64,000 nt of DNA from Picochlorum sp. SENEW3 (lineage: Eukaryota): assembly GCA_034226945.1 (NCBI GenBank), contig CP120455.1:806001-870000 (forward strand). The letters run 5' to 3'. The notes under the pieces were generated by a model that was not told where the DNA came from, ran no database searches, and worked only from the letters and a program-made list of their open reading frames with translations. Of this stretch, positions 1 to 12,705 are shown piece by piece. Positions within the stretch are counted from its first letter, which is position 1. Each line of letters starts with the position of its first letter. Made by a program: the position numbers and the translations under genes.

Positions 1-40
1 TTTGGAGAGCGGGTGATGCTAGATCAGTTTCGATTTTCAG

Positions 41-1810
41 GTATGGTCATTTGACTTGGGAGTGGGGAGCTGGCCTCCGAAGCTATGTTCACCCGTTGCT
101 TTATGGAGCTTTCTATTACTTTTTGAGGTTACTGGGACTGGATACGCGATACTTGGTCTTCAAGGGGCCACAGCTGCTTCATAGTGTGTTTGCTGCTTGG
201 ACAGATGTCAGTGTGTACAGGCTGACCCTGGTGTATTTCAGGAATGAGCGCCTATCAAGGTATGTTTCTTTCCAAGATGGTTACATGTCTTTCTTTGAAG
301 GTGTCACATGGGTGCATTCCGCTACAGGATTGCGCTGATGTGTCAGTTGCTAAACTGGTTCAATGCATACTGCCTTGTACGGTCATATTCTAGTTCTGTC
401 GAGGCTTGCCTTATGGCACATGCCATGTACCAGGTATCGGCGCTCTTAACTTCATCACAGGATATCTCAGATCCTCTTCACCACATCAAATGGATTGTAT
501 TTGCCGCACTGAGCATTGTTTTTAGGCCGGCAAGTGCGCTCTTTTGGGCATGTGTTGCTCTGTACATTGTGAGCAAAGTTCGAGGGAGATCAAAGGAGCG
601 CATAGAAGTCATTGTTTTGGGGATAGTGATCGGCACGCTTGTTATTGGACTATCATGCTGTGTCGACAGGCTTTTCTATGGAAGGTGAGAGATGTGCATG
701 ACTGCTCCCTGGTTTGATGATTCAAACGAATTGAGTATCCTGTGCTGCAGGTGGGAATTTGTGCCCTGGAATTTTTTCAAGTTCAACCTATTAGAGAATA
801 AGTCAAACTTGTACGGAAAAAGCACATGGCATGCAAATTTCACGGAGCATCTCCCCTCAATGCTGCTTTCATTCACACCATTCTTTGTGATTGGCTGCTT
901 TCGATTGCTGAAGGCACAGTACGTCTATCTATCAAGGGTAGTTGTCCAACTCGAATACTCAACATTTCTACAATTCGTGCAGGAAAGGGCATTTTATTGC
1001 TGCAGGCACATTGTATATGGTCTTGTACAGCCTCCCAGCTCACAAGGAGATTCGCTTTCTTATACCTGCCTTGCAATTATTTATTCCAGTTTGCGCAGCA
1101 GGTTTGGCATCCTTTTTGGCATCAAATTATGGGAGAAAGATTGAAGTGATAGCACTACTATTTGGCATTCAGATGATGATGTTTTTATATTTTGGACGAT
1201 ATCATCAAAGGTTGGTTGATGTTATGGTGCTGGGACATTGAGTATATGTGTATACCTTATATTCTTTCCAATGAAACGCAGGGCACAAATAGAGGTCATG
1301 GATATTATTAGTGATTTTCGGAGTACGGCTCATGAAGACGTGAAGGTTTTGTTTCTGACACCCTGTCATTCAACACCGTATTACTCATCTCTCCACAGGA
1401 AGATTGATATGAGATTTTTGGACTGCTCTCCGACAGGTACGAGCAATTGGTGACAGGACTTGATCTATACTTTTATCTCATGCTATATATATGCCTGTAT
1501 AGAATTCCGGAGCAAAGTATACGAGATCAATAAACAGGAAAGAAAGTGGCTCCCTTTCCCAAGAGAAGGCACTATCAGTGGACTGTCAGAAAGAGAATAT
1601 TTTGAAAAGCATCCGGCAGGCACACTTTCGTCTATGCTGAATTCCGCAGTATATCTGCCGGATCTCATAGTATCATTTTCATCGACGAGTAGAGAAATCG
1701 AACCTGTACTACAAAAGAACTCTTACACACTGCGGAAAAAACTGTCAAATTGTCTGCTGACTTTTGAAGATTCCTCCGAGTGCATCATAGACATTTGGGT
1801 TTTACGGTAG
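41..1810 (+). CDS. PIGB: GPI mannosyltransferase 3 (PIG-B/Gpi10, Glyco_transf_22); 5' part lies upstream of the window, multi-exon
   Basis: Exon peptides GHLTWEW..LRSY.HP, FRPASALFW, PWNFFKFN, HKEIRFL.P, FLTPCHSTPYYSSLH..MRFLDCSP are PIG-B motifs; GT-AG introns join the ORF fragments. Confidence 0.9.
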
Positions 1811-2134
1811 ACAAGCCTCCATCTGGCCGAGACAACCCTGAAGATCAATTAGAAGATGTGCGCACAGTGCAATCCGTTCGCATGGGACCGAGACGCTGCT
1901 CCAGCAAGACGCTGGCTCTACGCAATGATTGAAGTGTTGCGACCACATTACAATCGGACTCGCATGGGAATATCGCTGAGTCATCAGCAACGTCCACTCA
2001 TCTTTATATTGATAATATACATTAGTTGATCGATCAGTTGATAGAATGGATACTGTGGCTGCACGGGTAGCCTACTTATTTACTTGGGTGGCCCACGTCA
2101 CGCGTTTTGCGAAATAGGGCATCTCATTGTCACA

Positions 2135-3545
2135 ATGAGTGATTTGATTAAATTATTCGATTCTTCTTGGTACGTTTTAGGTGTACGAACCATCGGTATC
2201 TCCGCGTAGCTGACGAGTACTTGTTTCCTTCCTTCTCTAGGTTTGGCGTGCCTCCACAACCAGAGGATACGCAGCTTGATACTTCAAACACCCTCTTGTT
2301 CGAATTTCCCGAAGAATATATCGATGAGAACACGGATGATGCGCCCATAAAATATTCCGAGAGCGATCTTCCGCTGAAGAGTGGCAGTGCTGAGCAAGAG
2401 GGCGCTTTTGCTTCGAAGGAGAGAAGTGAGAGCGATCCAAGTTCTTCGAAAGATATATCAATGTCTAATAAATCTATGAGCAAGGCTGATAGCAGTCGTA
2501 GCTCTAGTTGGCTTGGAACGTGGGCTTGCAGGCAGAAAATATACAGGTTGATAGCAGGTCAGGAAGGTCTGCAGAATAATGCGTCTTCTCAGTCTACTAG
2601 CGACCCCGTGGATGCGTCTCCAGGCAAAATAAATGATCATAACGATAAAAACAGGGGTAATTACGTCGATTCTTCTTTGCTTGATGATGCCATGTTGCAA
2701 GAGCAGGCATGGAAATGGCGTTTTGTGAGGAAATGGCAAATGGAGCAAATGGCAGGGCCTGTTGCATCTCGAGATGACGATGACGAGTGGTTACAAGCAT
2801 TGAAAATGATAGAGAATGGTGGTCGACCAATTCCTCTCCAGAACGGATCAATTGATCGACTTGATAGTTTTGCCTTGATGTTCTCAAACTCTCAATCCTT
2901 GAATTTATTAGCTGGAGATTCAAATGCAACCCTGGATCAGGTGCGTAGAGGTTTAAAGCAGTACGGATATATCAATCGCTTGATATCACAATGTCCAACT
3001 TCATGCAGGATTTGGGTGCCAGCACAGATGAGAAGATGCTTGCCTCTAAAAATATTAGAAGGGCAGCCTCAAAGGTTGAAGCTCTTTTGGCATACCAGCA
3101 GGAAATAGAGAGAGAAGTAAGTATTCGTTGGAAGGCTGCAAACGAAACTTGGGTTGGTAATTATTTGCCAGCAGTTATTATTGACTCTTGGGGGACGTTT
3201 AGCTTTATTCTTGGCAAGGTGGCTGACAGCCAGAATAGATTCCAGAAATTGCTGTTACGGGGTGGAAATCAACAGGATGAGAGGCTGGCAGTGCACATGA
3301 CTAGAGAAGAGATATCGGCAGAGGTTCAGCGTAGAGGCCTTTCTTGGGCAAGGTTGGATGTGCTCGGGGTGGGAGAGATTAAATGGCTGAGTAAAAAAGA
3401 GTCAAAAATAGCAATTCGCGGCATCCATGTTTTCACTGGATTAGATGAAAAATTTACTGACAAAAATTCGGTTGTTGAAGCTGCCGCTGCTATTCTTCAA
3501 TCGCAAGGCATGGGATATCAGACAATCATGGAATTAGAGAAGTGA
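2135..3545 (+). CDS. Hypothetical protein with C-terminal degenerate Janus/Ocnus (PHPT1-like) domain; 3 exons (2135-2169, 2241-2940, 3010-3545)
   Basis: ATG at 2135; introns gtacgt..ctag and gtgcgt..tgcag join ORFs 2167-3108 and 2991-3545 in frame; C-terminus PAVIIDSWGTFSFIL..KLLLRG..LGVGEI..KIAIRG. Confidence 0.65.
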
Positions 3546-3649
3546 TCTTCATCTCCCAGACGGATGCTGTTTCAAACAGCTTGATATATGTGTACGACAG
3601 GGACGACCGGCTAATGCCTCGCTATCGAGTTTACATCGATACCAACATA

Positions 3650-5499
3650 TTACAATTTTCTTATTTCAACCTTGCATCTCTTGCAGATTGATTCTTCAAT
3701 TGATGCCTTTTGATTTATGTAAACATGAGCAAAAGTGCCAGCAGTTGAACCTTTTGTCAATCTGCCAGGGTTGATACAAATCACCTCCTCAGAGTTTTCC
3801 GTTAGATTTTTACCAGAATGTTCCGAATCTAATCTCCTAGACTGAATTGTCGTCGGCTTTGCAAATGCTGCCAGTTCAGACGCTGTCAGGAGAATTTCAG
3901 GCAAGGCCACAAGCTCTAAAGTGTTTGAGCGACCTACATCCAATGCTACATTCTCAGCGGGCGGGTACATGGGGTAGTAAGCTCTCTGTGACAATATCTG
4001 CGACGCCAAGCTTGTCATGCGATCCACTGGTCCTGATGATTTGGAGATCTCCTCTCTTGTGGATGACATGAGCCAGTCAATGGAGGAGCAGCCCAAAACG
4101 GTCCCTTTATATCTGCGGGCACATACCGATACTTAAAATTAATACACAAAATCCACGAATACAAGTGTCTATAAGTGTCTTTCATACCTGATGGTGGATG
4201 GATTTGAGATACTTAAAGTATTTGGATGATCAGGAACAGAGAGTGGACCCTGAGGGAAAGCCACATCATGGTGCACATCCCGGACACTGGGCAAGAGAAC
4301 AACTTTTGTGTCTGTATTTTGATGGAGAGCCTCCAATTGACCCACGATTTTGACATCAAATATATCCTCAAAAGTTACGTCAACAAGGCCTCTGCCAATG
4401 TCTGGGTGATCCTCATCAACAAATGGCCCCAAGAGTAGTAACACTTCTGGTTTCTCTCTTTCACAATACTGAATCAAAGCTTTCAGAGGTTCGTACATCA
4501 AGTTATCAGCTGCAGTGAAGGGCCCCGAAGCGACGACCATGCTGAATGCCTTTGTTGTAGCACTCCTGTCTACTGTAAAAGGCAAAGTGCTCAGCATTTG
4601 CTCAGCAACTATGCAAAAACCAGTCGGATTCTTCCCCCGAACAGCAACGATCTGACCAGGAAAAATCCTGTATTCACTACAAGAGCTGAGGTCCAATCTG
4701 ACGCGAGCACCTTTCGATGTAGCGATCGATCCCTCAAGAATGACTGATTGTGGATTCAGGCGGCTGCCCTCAGTGTCACAACAAATTCTCCCACAAAACA
4801 ACGCCATATCCTGACATGCAGACGCAATTGAATGAACTTTACAATCGTGCGTTTTCTCAATTCCTTCTTCCATCGACAGAATCCGTTGCTCCAAATATCC
4901 TACTCTTCTCGACAGTGTGTTCATCATGTATGTGCTCTGACATTTCCTGTTCAAAATTTCCACCTCAGAGATACCCTGCCCATTGCTATCTCCTTCGAAC
5001 TCTAACTCGGCATTAAATACATTTTGCAAACATCCGTTGTGGCTCTCAAATGAGCTCTCAATGCGATCTGAGAGGGCATTTGATCTGGCAACATATGGGG
5101 ATATCTTCTGAGCTCCCATTGCATTCACATCTGGCACCTTCTTTCCGACATCCATTCTGCATCACACCACACAATTAGCGAGCCGATGAATCGATTACAT
5201 CTATCTATGAATACAAGTACGCACTCGTCCCATTCAGTCTTGGCAAAGACCGATTTGGCCTTGGATTTTGATAACAAAACCGCTTGCTCTCTGGCAAATG
5301 CATCCACATCCTCCAAACACACAGACGTATTCGATTGCCTTGAAACTGTCATAAATTTATCAAATAATCCAACGAGCTTTTTCGTCTCAAGACCCATGTC
5401 TTTCGCGAGTTTCCCGAGCTCCTCAACAACGTCTGTTGGAATGTCCTTGTAGACAGTAGATCGCTGCATAAGCAGCTTCTTCAGTCTAACGTCGGTCAT
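3650..5499 (-). CDS. POLA2: DNA polymerase alpha subunit B, 3 exons
   Basis: GRICCD..LN..SVILEGS, IFPGQIVAV.GKNPTG, ASGPFT, LLGPFVD..HP, SQRAYYP.YPP, CINPGRLTKG motifs. Confidence 0.93.
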
Positions 5500-5786
5500 A
5501 TTTTTGCTTTCTATGGCTTATGTTCTAAAGTAAATTCACTCTACTCTCCCCACGGAGACCATCCCAAATTTGAATTGCCGCAGGCTTGGGCGCCCCGGGA
5601 AATACATGCCTATGTCATGTGATCCCATCGGGTAGATGACTCGACCGATTATCTGGACAAGACATCTCACGTGGCCCTGGCGTGAAGGTTTCACACAATC
5701 TCCCTCAAAGGTGACCATCGACCTCGTGACAAATCACTTTGCTTTAAAGTATTGGAGCAGCAGCAGATACAGAATCACGCATTGAT

Positions 5787-6075
5787 ATGATTATCCCAGT
5801 GCGCTGTTTCACGTGCGGTAAAGTGATAGGGAACAAGTGGGAGACATATCTAGATTTGCTCCAATCAGAGTATTCTGAAGGGTATGATATTGAAATTTAT
5901 GATGTATGAGGTGTTTATCCGGTCATTTGATTACCCAGTCTCGTGATACAGGGATGCAATGGACGCCCTTGGTCTCAATAGATACTGCTGCCGTAGAATG
6001 ATAATGACGCACGTCGATTTGATTGAGAAATTATTGAACTACAATATTTATGAGCGTTCCTCAGACGCAACGTGA
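5787..6075 (+). CDS. RPB10: RNA polymerase I/II/III shared subunit RPABC5 (RPB10); 2 exons (5787-5881, 5952-6075); absent from ORF track
   Basis: Manual translation [72 protein letters not shown]; canonical CxxCG and RYCCRRM zinc motifs; gtatga..atacag intron. Confidence 0.97.
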
Positions 6076-6170
6076 GAACTGTTGACGTGTGAAGTGTTGC
6101 GATTGAAGGCATGCGGTGCTGTCATTTTGCTTGATATGTTTAGATTAGAGTGTAAATTTACAGATATGAA

Positions 6171-7742
6171 CTACTCAATACCAAGACGCAAAGTTACAGC
6201 CCGTCTGTGGGCATCCAGGCCTTCTACCTCGGCCATTTTTGCTACATGGGGTCCAAGGTTCTGCAAGCCTTGGTATGTGAGGCTTTGTACGGTCATTTTC
6301 TTTGTGAACGCATCCAAAGACACGCCGCTATACATCCGAGCATACCCATATGTAGGAAGGACGTGGTTTGTTCCCGACGCATAATCTCCCACGCTTTCTG
6401 GCGTCCATCTCCCCAAGAAGACCGATCCAGCATTGTCCAGCATTGGGAGCACTCTTTCAGCATTCTCTATGTTGACAATGAGATGCTCTGGTGAGTACAG
6501 ATTAGAAATTTCTACTGCTTTTTCGATGCTGTCCACTGAAAGTATTCTGCTATGAGAGAGTGCTGTCATTGTCACCTCTGCTCTGGGCAGCAGGCTACAC
6601 TGGTACTCTACCTCTTTGCGCAGGGCTTCGACATCCACACCTGGAAGGGCTATGAGTATCGCTTGGCTATCTGGCCCGTGCTCTGCCTGGGATAGTAGAT
6701 CGAGCGCTACGTGGGACAATGGTGCTTTCTCGTCTGCAATTACCAGCACTTCAGATGGTCCTGCAGGCATGTCAATGGCAACCATCGCCTCGCTGTTCTG
6801 CAGCAGCATCTTTGCAGCTGTGACGAATTGATTACCTGGTCCAAAAATCTTGTCCGTCTTTGGGCACGTCTCCGTCCCCCATGCCAAAGCTGCTACTGCC
6901 TGTGCCCCTCCCGCCTTCAAGACATGAGTCACACCAGCTTTCTTGGCACAGTACAAAACTTCCGGGGTAATACTTCCATCTGATCGTGGAGGAGTCGCTA
7001 AAACAATCGTCTTACACCCCGCCAAAAACGCTGGAACTGCCAGCATCAAGGCTGTAGAAGGCAATACTGCACTGCCTCCAGGCACATACAAACCGACAGA
7101 ATTGATAGGTCTACTTACTCTGCGGCATGTCACACCCTCCATTGTCTCCACCTCGATGCCATCAGTCTTTTGAGCCTCGTGGAATTTCCTAATATTGTCA
7201 TATGCAACGTCAAAAGCTTTTGTGACCTCTGGGTCTAACACTGGGTCTGCCAAGTCCTACAAACCAACGATTTCAAAATTAATCCATACCTTCCAAAGCC
7301 AACCCACTATTCTCTTCTCGACATCAAAATATACGTACCTCGATAGGACAGCATGCCTCATTCAACTCTACCCTATCGAACTTCGCAGTGTAAGCCTTGA
7401 CGGCACTATCACCTTCAGTTCTCACAGCATCCACAATCGGAGAAACCTGGAATCACATCAACATTCCCAATCGCACTTCTTTGATTGATTCAACACATGC
7501 TACCATCGTACCGTGTCCAATATAGACGTGAAGTCAATCCTCGGCCTCGCTAAAACTGCTGCCAAGTCTTCCGTCTGTAGAGTCTCAGCATCATATATTT
7601 CCATCATACTGTCTTTAATAGCATGTAATTTTGTGTTCATTGCTGGAATACGGGCTGAAATCGACCCAGCGCTGCCACCATACACGCTCTTGGACAAGAA
7701 GAGACGAGTGCGAGAAGCACCAAAGGTACTTTGAAATGACAT
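6171..7742 (-). CDS. HISN8: Histidinol dehydrogenase, plastid-targeted, multi-exon
   Basis: [59 protein letters not shown]; Ser-rich N-terminal transit peptide in the 7500-7742 exon. Confidence 0.95.
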
Positions 7743-7961
7743 GAAAGCACGTAGAATGAAATACGTACACTTGTTATAATTGTATTCGAATCAATGGACG
7801 TGTGTATACTTGGATGGTTTTGTACTCTGTTCAGACCCAGTCGATCATCCGCGGATGGCCATGGCCAGTTGGGCCTGGGCATTGATTTCGAAAATCTGGG
7901 GGTGCATGGATAAAAATGCCTGCTATCGGTGATCAGGCATAGAAAATTTGCAGTGAAAGCA

Positions 7962-9910
7962 ATGTTGCAGGAGTCTAGAACGGCAAGATGGTTATCATCT
8001 GGCATTGTCGCTCTAGGATTGGTTCTTCGGCTTTGCCTGGGAAGTCACTCGTATTCTGGTGTGTTTCCCTGACCTGCGCATTTTTTAATGCATCTCAGGC
8101 TGATATATTGTATTCATGTTGTGCAGGGAAAGGTAATCCTCCGATGTATGGGGATTACGAGGCCCAAAGACATTGGATGGAGGTTACTTTGAATTTGAAA
8201 GTCAAAGACTGGTGGGTATGACGCTATGATGCGCATGATGTGCGGCACGGCTGACATTTGGAATGCATTTGTATGACAGGTATATGAATACTACGGAGAA
8301 TGACTTGGGTTATTGGGGCATTGACTATCCTCCATTATCTGCGTATCAGGTGTGTGTCTGAAAGAGACCCATTTTCAGCAAGAAGACACTGCATGTAGTA
8401 TTGATTGCAACTTTTGTCGCAGAGTTGGCTGAGTGGAAAATTTGTATCTTTGTTCGACCAAAGATCAGTTGTGTTGTTGGATTCTCGTGGATACGAGAAC
8501 GCATCCAGTAAATTGGGCATGAGATTGTCTGTGATTGCTGCAGACCTGTTAGGTACGAACTTTTGCTTCTTTTCGTGTTTTGGTCAATCCCATAGTTAGC
8601 ATGCATACTGCAGTCTACATACCGGCTTGTCTGGCACTTTCTTCGACGATTCCACTCCTTTCTGAGCGAATGTTCGTGTTGCTGGTGTTGGTGTGCAACC
8701 CTGCTGTGTTGATCATTGACCATGGCCACTTTCAGTACAATGGGATAGGATTAGGATTAACGGTATGTTGCATGATTATTGTCCGGCTTTTATTAACAAC
8801 ATTCCTGAAATCGAAAGTACCCAAATGTGCAGATTGGCGCAATTTTTTGCATTGTTACAAGGAGATATCTCATGGGATCAGCATTATTTTGCTGTGCACT
8901 CAACCACAAACAGATGACTCTGTATTTTGCTCCAGCTGTATTTGTCCATTTATTAGGAATGTGCTTGAAGGAAAAGAAGATATTGGGGAAGGTAGGTTAC
9001 GCAATCATTCACCATGCATAAGAAAAAAGCCATCATCATATCTTGTGGAATTTCTTGCAGGCCACAATGCTTGCACGGCTGGGTGCAGTTGTGGTGGTAT
9101 CGTTCATCATTTGCTGGATACCATTCATAGGGTCGATGGAGATGCTTCAACAAGTTATAAAGAGAATATTTCCTCTCCAAAGAGGATTGTTCGAAGATTA
9201 TGTAGCAAATTTTTGGTATGTCTTGTCTGGAGAACAGCTTCAAATAACTGAGCATCTCTCACAATAGTTATCTGCTATCCAGGTGTGTCTCTTCGTTGAT
9301 ATTCAAGTGGAAAAAGTATATCACAGGTGCTCACCTGGCAAAAATGTGCGCGATGGCAACAATGGTTGCTTCTCTCCCAAGCCTGATCATGGAGGTCACC
9401 AAGCCATCTAGAGAAACTTTCATTTTGTGTCTGATGAATACGTCGTTAGCTTTTTTCCTATTCTCGTATCAAGTTCACGAGAAATCCATTCTGATTCCGT
9501 TGATGCCAATGTCCATTCTCATGTATCCATCGAGACGTGCATCTAGTGTATATGCCTTGAATATTAGTCTGATGACAATGTATCCTCTCTTGAAGAAGGA
9601 TGGTCTTCTCGGGCCATATTGGGCTATGCATGTTCTTGCACTCAGTTTTCAATACTTTGGAAACCAAGAGGGCTCTTTTAGTGGGAAATGCAAATTGACG
9701 AATATACGATCGATACTTGAGTTTGCTGTGTTCAGCCCGTTGGTTCTTGTAGGCATCTTTTTGGTGCATGTGTTCTGTGTCATAGCACAGCCATATACGA
9801 CAAAAGAGTATTTTACAGATGCAGTCATTATGGCTGCAGGATTTGGCTTCCTCGTATTGCAACTATTGATCGGGAATATTAGGCAATACATACAATGGAA
9901 AGCAAATTGA
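7962..9910 (+). CDS. ALG6: Dolichyl-P-Glc alpha-1,3-glucosyltransferase ALG6, multi-exon
   Basis: [78 protein letters not shown]. Confidence 0.93.
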
Positions 9911-9916
9911 CATTCT

Positions 9917-11612
9917 CTAGCCATCGTTCATGATTCTTTCTGTCTCAAAAATAACCACACCAAACAATTTTAAGACAAATGCTTCTGTATCCTCATCCAA
10001 GACTTCATTGATACTATCGATTACTTCGCTGGGTGATTTGTGAGAGACGAGCTGCTCAAAAACAAACTCGCAGAATGATGGCTCCTCCTCTCCCATCAAG
10101 TCACGGATCTTCTTTCCGATCCACTCTGCAGAGACACGTATATAACTCAGACGATGATTTCAATATATATTTATTCAGGAATGTACGCACTGGAAATTTT
10201 GCTGTGAACACTCTTCCCAGCAACATCAAAATATTCCCATTTGATATCATACTTGCTCAAATCCTCGAGGTTTTTAGGTATTTTTGACATGATACTCTTC
10301 CTGATATTTTCAGATCTTGATCTGCTTTTCCGATCCTTTCCAACTGCCATTTCTTCCTTGCTATATTGTATGGGAATCAACTTCTTCTCTTTTGCATCCA
10401 TGTCTTCCTCATCAAAAGTGACTGCTCTCTTTCCCTGCTCCTTTCTCTCTGCTATTACAGGCTTCTCAGGAACCTTCCTAGTCGTCTTTGCTTTCTCTTC
10501 TTCCTTCTTCATTCGCTCCTCTTCGAGCAAGTCCTCTTGAAGTTCTCTGTCTTTGCGCTTCTTTCTCTCTGCCTGCTCTCTGCTATTTCTATACTCGGGA
10601 CGAAGATGAATTGGTGTATTCTCTTCTGGATCCAAGCCTTCGTTGTCTGCATATATCTGTCTCTGCCGCTCTTGTGCCAGATCTCGTTTCTTATCGCTTT
10701 CCAGCTCGCATCTCTTGAGCCTCTCTCTGAATAAAGAATTTCATTGTCATGCAAACAGCAACTAACATTCAGATGACAATATACATCACACCTTTCATTT
10801 TTCTCCAACGCCCACAAGGCATCTTGCCATCTATTAACAGTTCTAGTTGGTTTTCTCCGAGACTTTTTTGGGGGAACCACCTCCACTCTGCAATGCAAAC
10901 CCCGATATCACAAAAAATACCACACATGATGCAAACACCTACACATCTCACCTTTCTGATTCAACTGGCTCGGCATTCAGGGAAGAAAGAAATGCAGAGG
11001 CAGCTGCACTGGCATCTTTCGCAACGGAATCCACCACCACCTTCCGCTGCCCCACCAATTCCTGAATCCTCTCCTTTGCTTTCGCCTCCACATCTGCAGG
11101 TACAACAGATTCTCCCACGGCAGATTTTTCAGCTCTCATAGCCGTCACTAGCTGTTCCGTACTCTATAATGTACATATATATTACTCACACATCGACCCA
11201 TATCCTACGCAACATCGAACAGCATACCTTGTTAAACCTCACCAGCAAGGTCTGGCCATCCACCACAAGCCCTTGAAGCAACGTCTCAGCAAGCATCACC
11301 CCTTGCGCATTATGAAACGTGACAAAACAAAACCCCTTCGTCGAGTCAATATATGGCCGAAACACACGAATACTACCACAGCATTCCAAAATCTCCCTCA
11401 AGCTTTCCTTCTCCACTGTGGGGGCAACCTTCCCAATCCACGCCGTAAAGACCTTTCCCCTTCCACTACCAACGTATCTCAATCCCTCTACAAATAATAT
11501 GATATCAGTCAGTGGGTCTATATCTCTACCCACCCACGATCGTCTATTTCATACCTTGAACGCCACCAAATCCACCAGGTGGGTACAAACCAGGAGCAAC
11601 CTGCGACTGCAT
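9917..11612 (-). CDS. RBM25: RBM25/Snu71-like splicing factor (N-terminal RRM, charged middle region, C-terminal PWI domain)
   Basis: RRM (TAWIGKV..ILECCG..KGFCFVTF), E/R/K-rich segment, PWI-type C-terminus (LMGEEEPSFCEFV..VLDEDTEAFVLKLF..VIFET). Confidence 0.78.
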
Positions 11613-11827
11613 TCCTACCAAACACGCGAGATGATCAATATTATACAATATGTAACAGGCAAATTCCATGCAGGTGAATGGAAATTTTTGTCCCAACATT
11701 CATAATAAGGAAGAAGAAGACCAATTTCCCTTCATCAAATTCTCAGATCTACAGGCTCTCCGGAACATAAGCAATACGTTGTTGTTAGTAAAGAGAACAA
11801 AGTACTAAGCAAACAAGTTGCTATAGA

Positions 11828-12415
11828 ATGGCGTCGGAAATCAAGGACATCCCGTTGGACTCAAGCGTGACAGTGAAGACCAAGGGTGGCCAGGTACGTT
11901 TGTCCTGAATCGATATCCTACGAGAGAACGATTATCATCAACAAATACCTATGTAGGTTATCAAGCAACACAAGTATTGCAATGGTATAGACGGGTGCAC
12001 TGTTCTTCACAAACCCGGTGCCAACCGGTTCCATATGAATATCACACTCGTCAAGGATGAGTTTATTGACAGCATTAGCGATATCAAGGAGCCCTCTGGG
12101 GTGAGTGGAGAAGATTACATTCCTGTTGTGGACCCAGAGCGTACCAAGTTGAGGGAGAGCAAGGCAGTCAGAAATGCACAAATTGAAGCTGATAAGATTG
12201 GTGAGGGTGTTTCGGAAGAGGCTCAATGCATTTTCAATGCACTGTCCAAGACACTGCCGTGCCGTTGGAGAGGGAAGAATATTATTGTTTTAGAAGAAGT
12301 AGAGATTGCTGAACCATACAGAGTAGAGGATTGCAAGAGCTTGCATGCTGGGGATTCTACTGTGCAAGTCCGAGTACAAAAAGTGCTGGATGAGGAGAGG
12401 AAAAAGTTGAGTTAA
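11828..12415 (+). CDS. LSM12: LSM12-like protein (Lsm N-terminus plus anticodon-binding AD domain), 2 exons
   Basis: KIGEGVSEEAQCIFNALSKTLPCRWRGKNIIVLEEV.I.EPY...RVQKVL..ER is the AD-domain signature. Confidence 0.85.
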
Positions 12416-12705
12416 ATGTATGTACCAGATGTGAATTATATTTGTAATGATACGGGTCTGAATGTCTTGGTATAATAGATCGCATGTACGCAAGTACCAT
12501 GGGGTTGCACCATGCATATTCACGTTCACATGTAAATCGTTTGGTGTGGGTAATGGTATACAATGCACATCATGTGTGAGACCATTTGGTCACATTCCTG
12601 TGATTCGTATATGGACCATGTGGTGTACAGGCGTCACTCACTGTTGCTACAATCTAACTATAATTTGGTGTGGTATACGCGCACGCATTCTACCGTATCG
12701 CTGAA

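Noticed and set aside
1860..1930. SRP RNA helix 8-like GGAGCAGCG on the minus strand
   Set aside because: The opposing conserved AGG strand, tetraloop and Alu domain could not be identified; kept only as an unassigned ncRNA candidate
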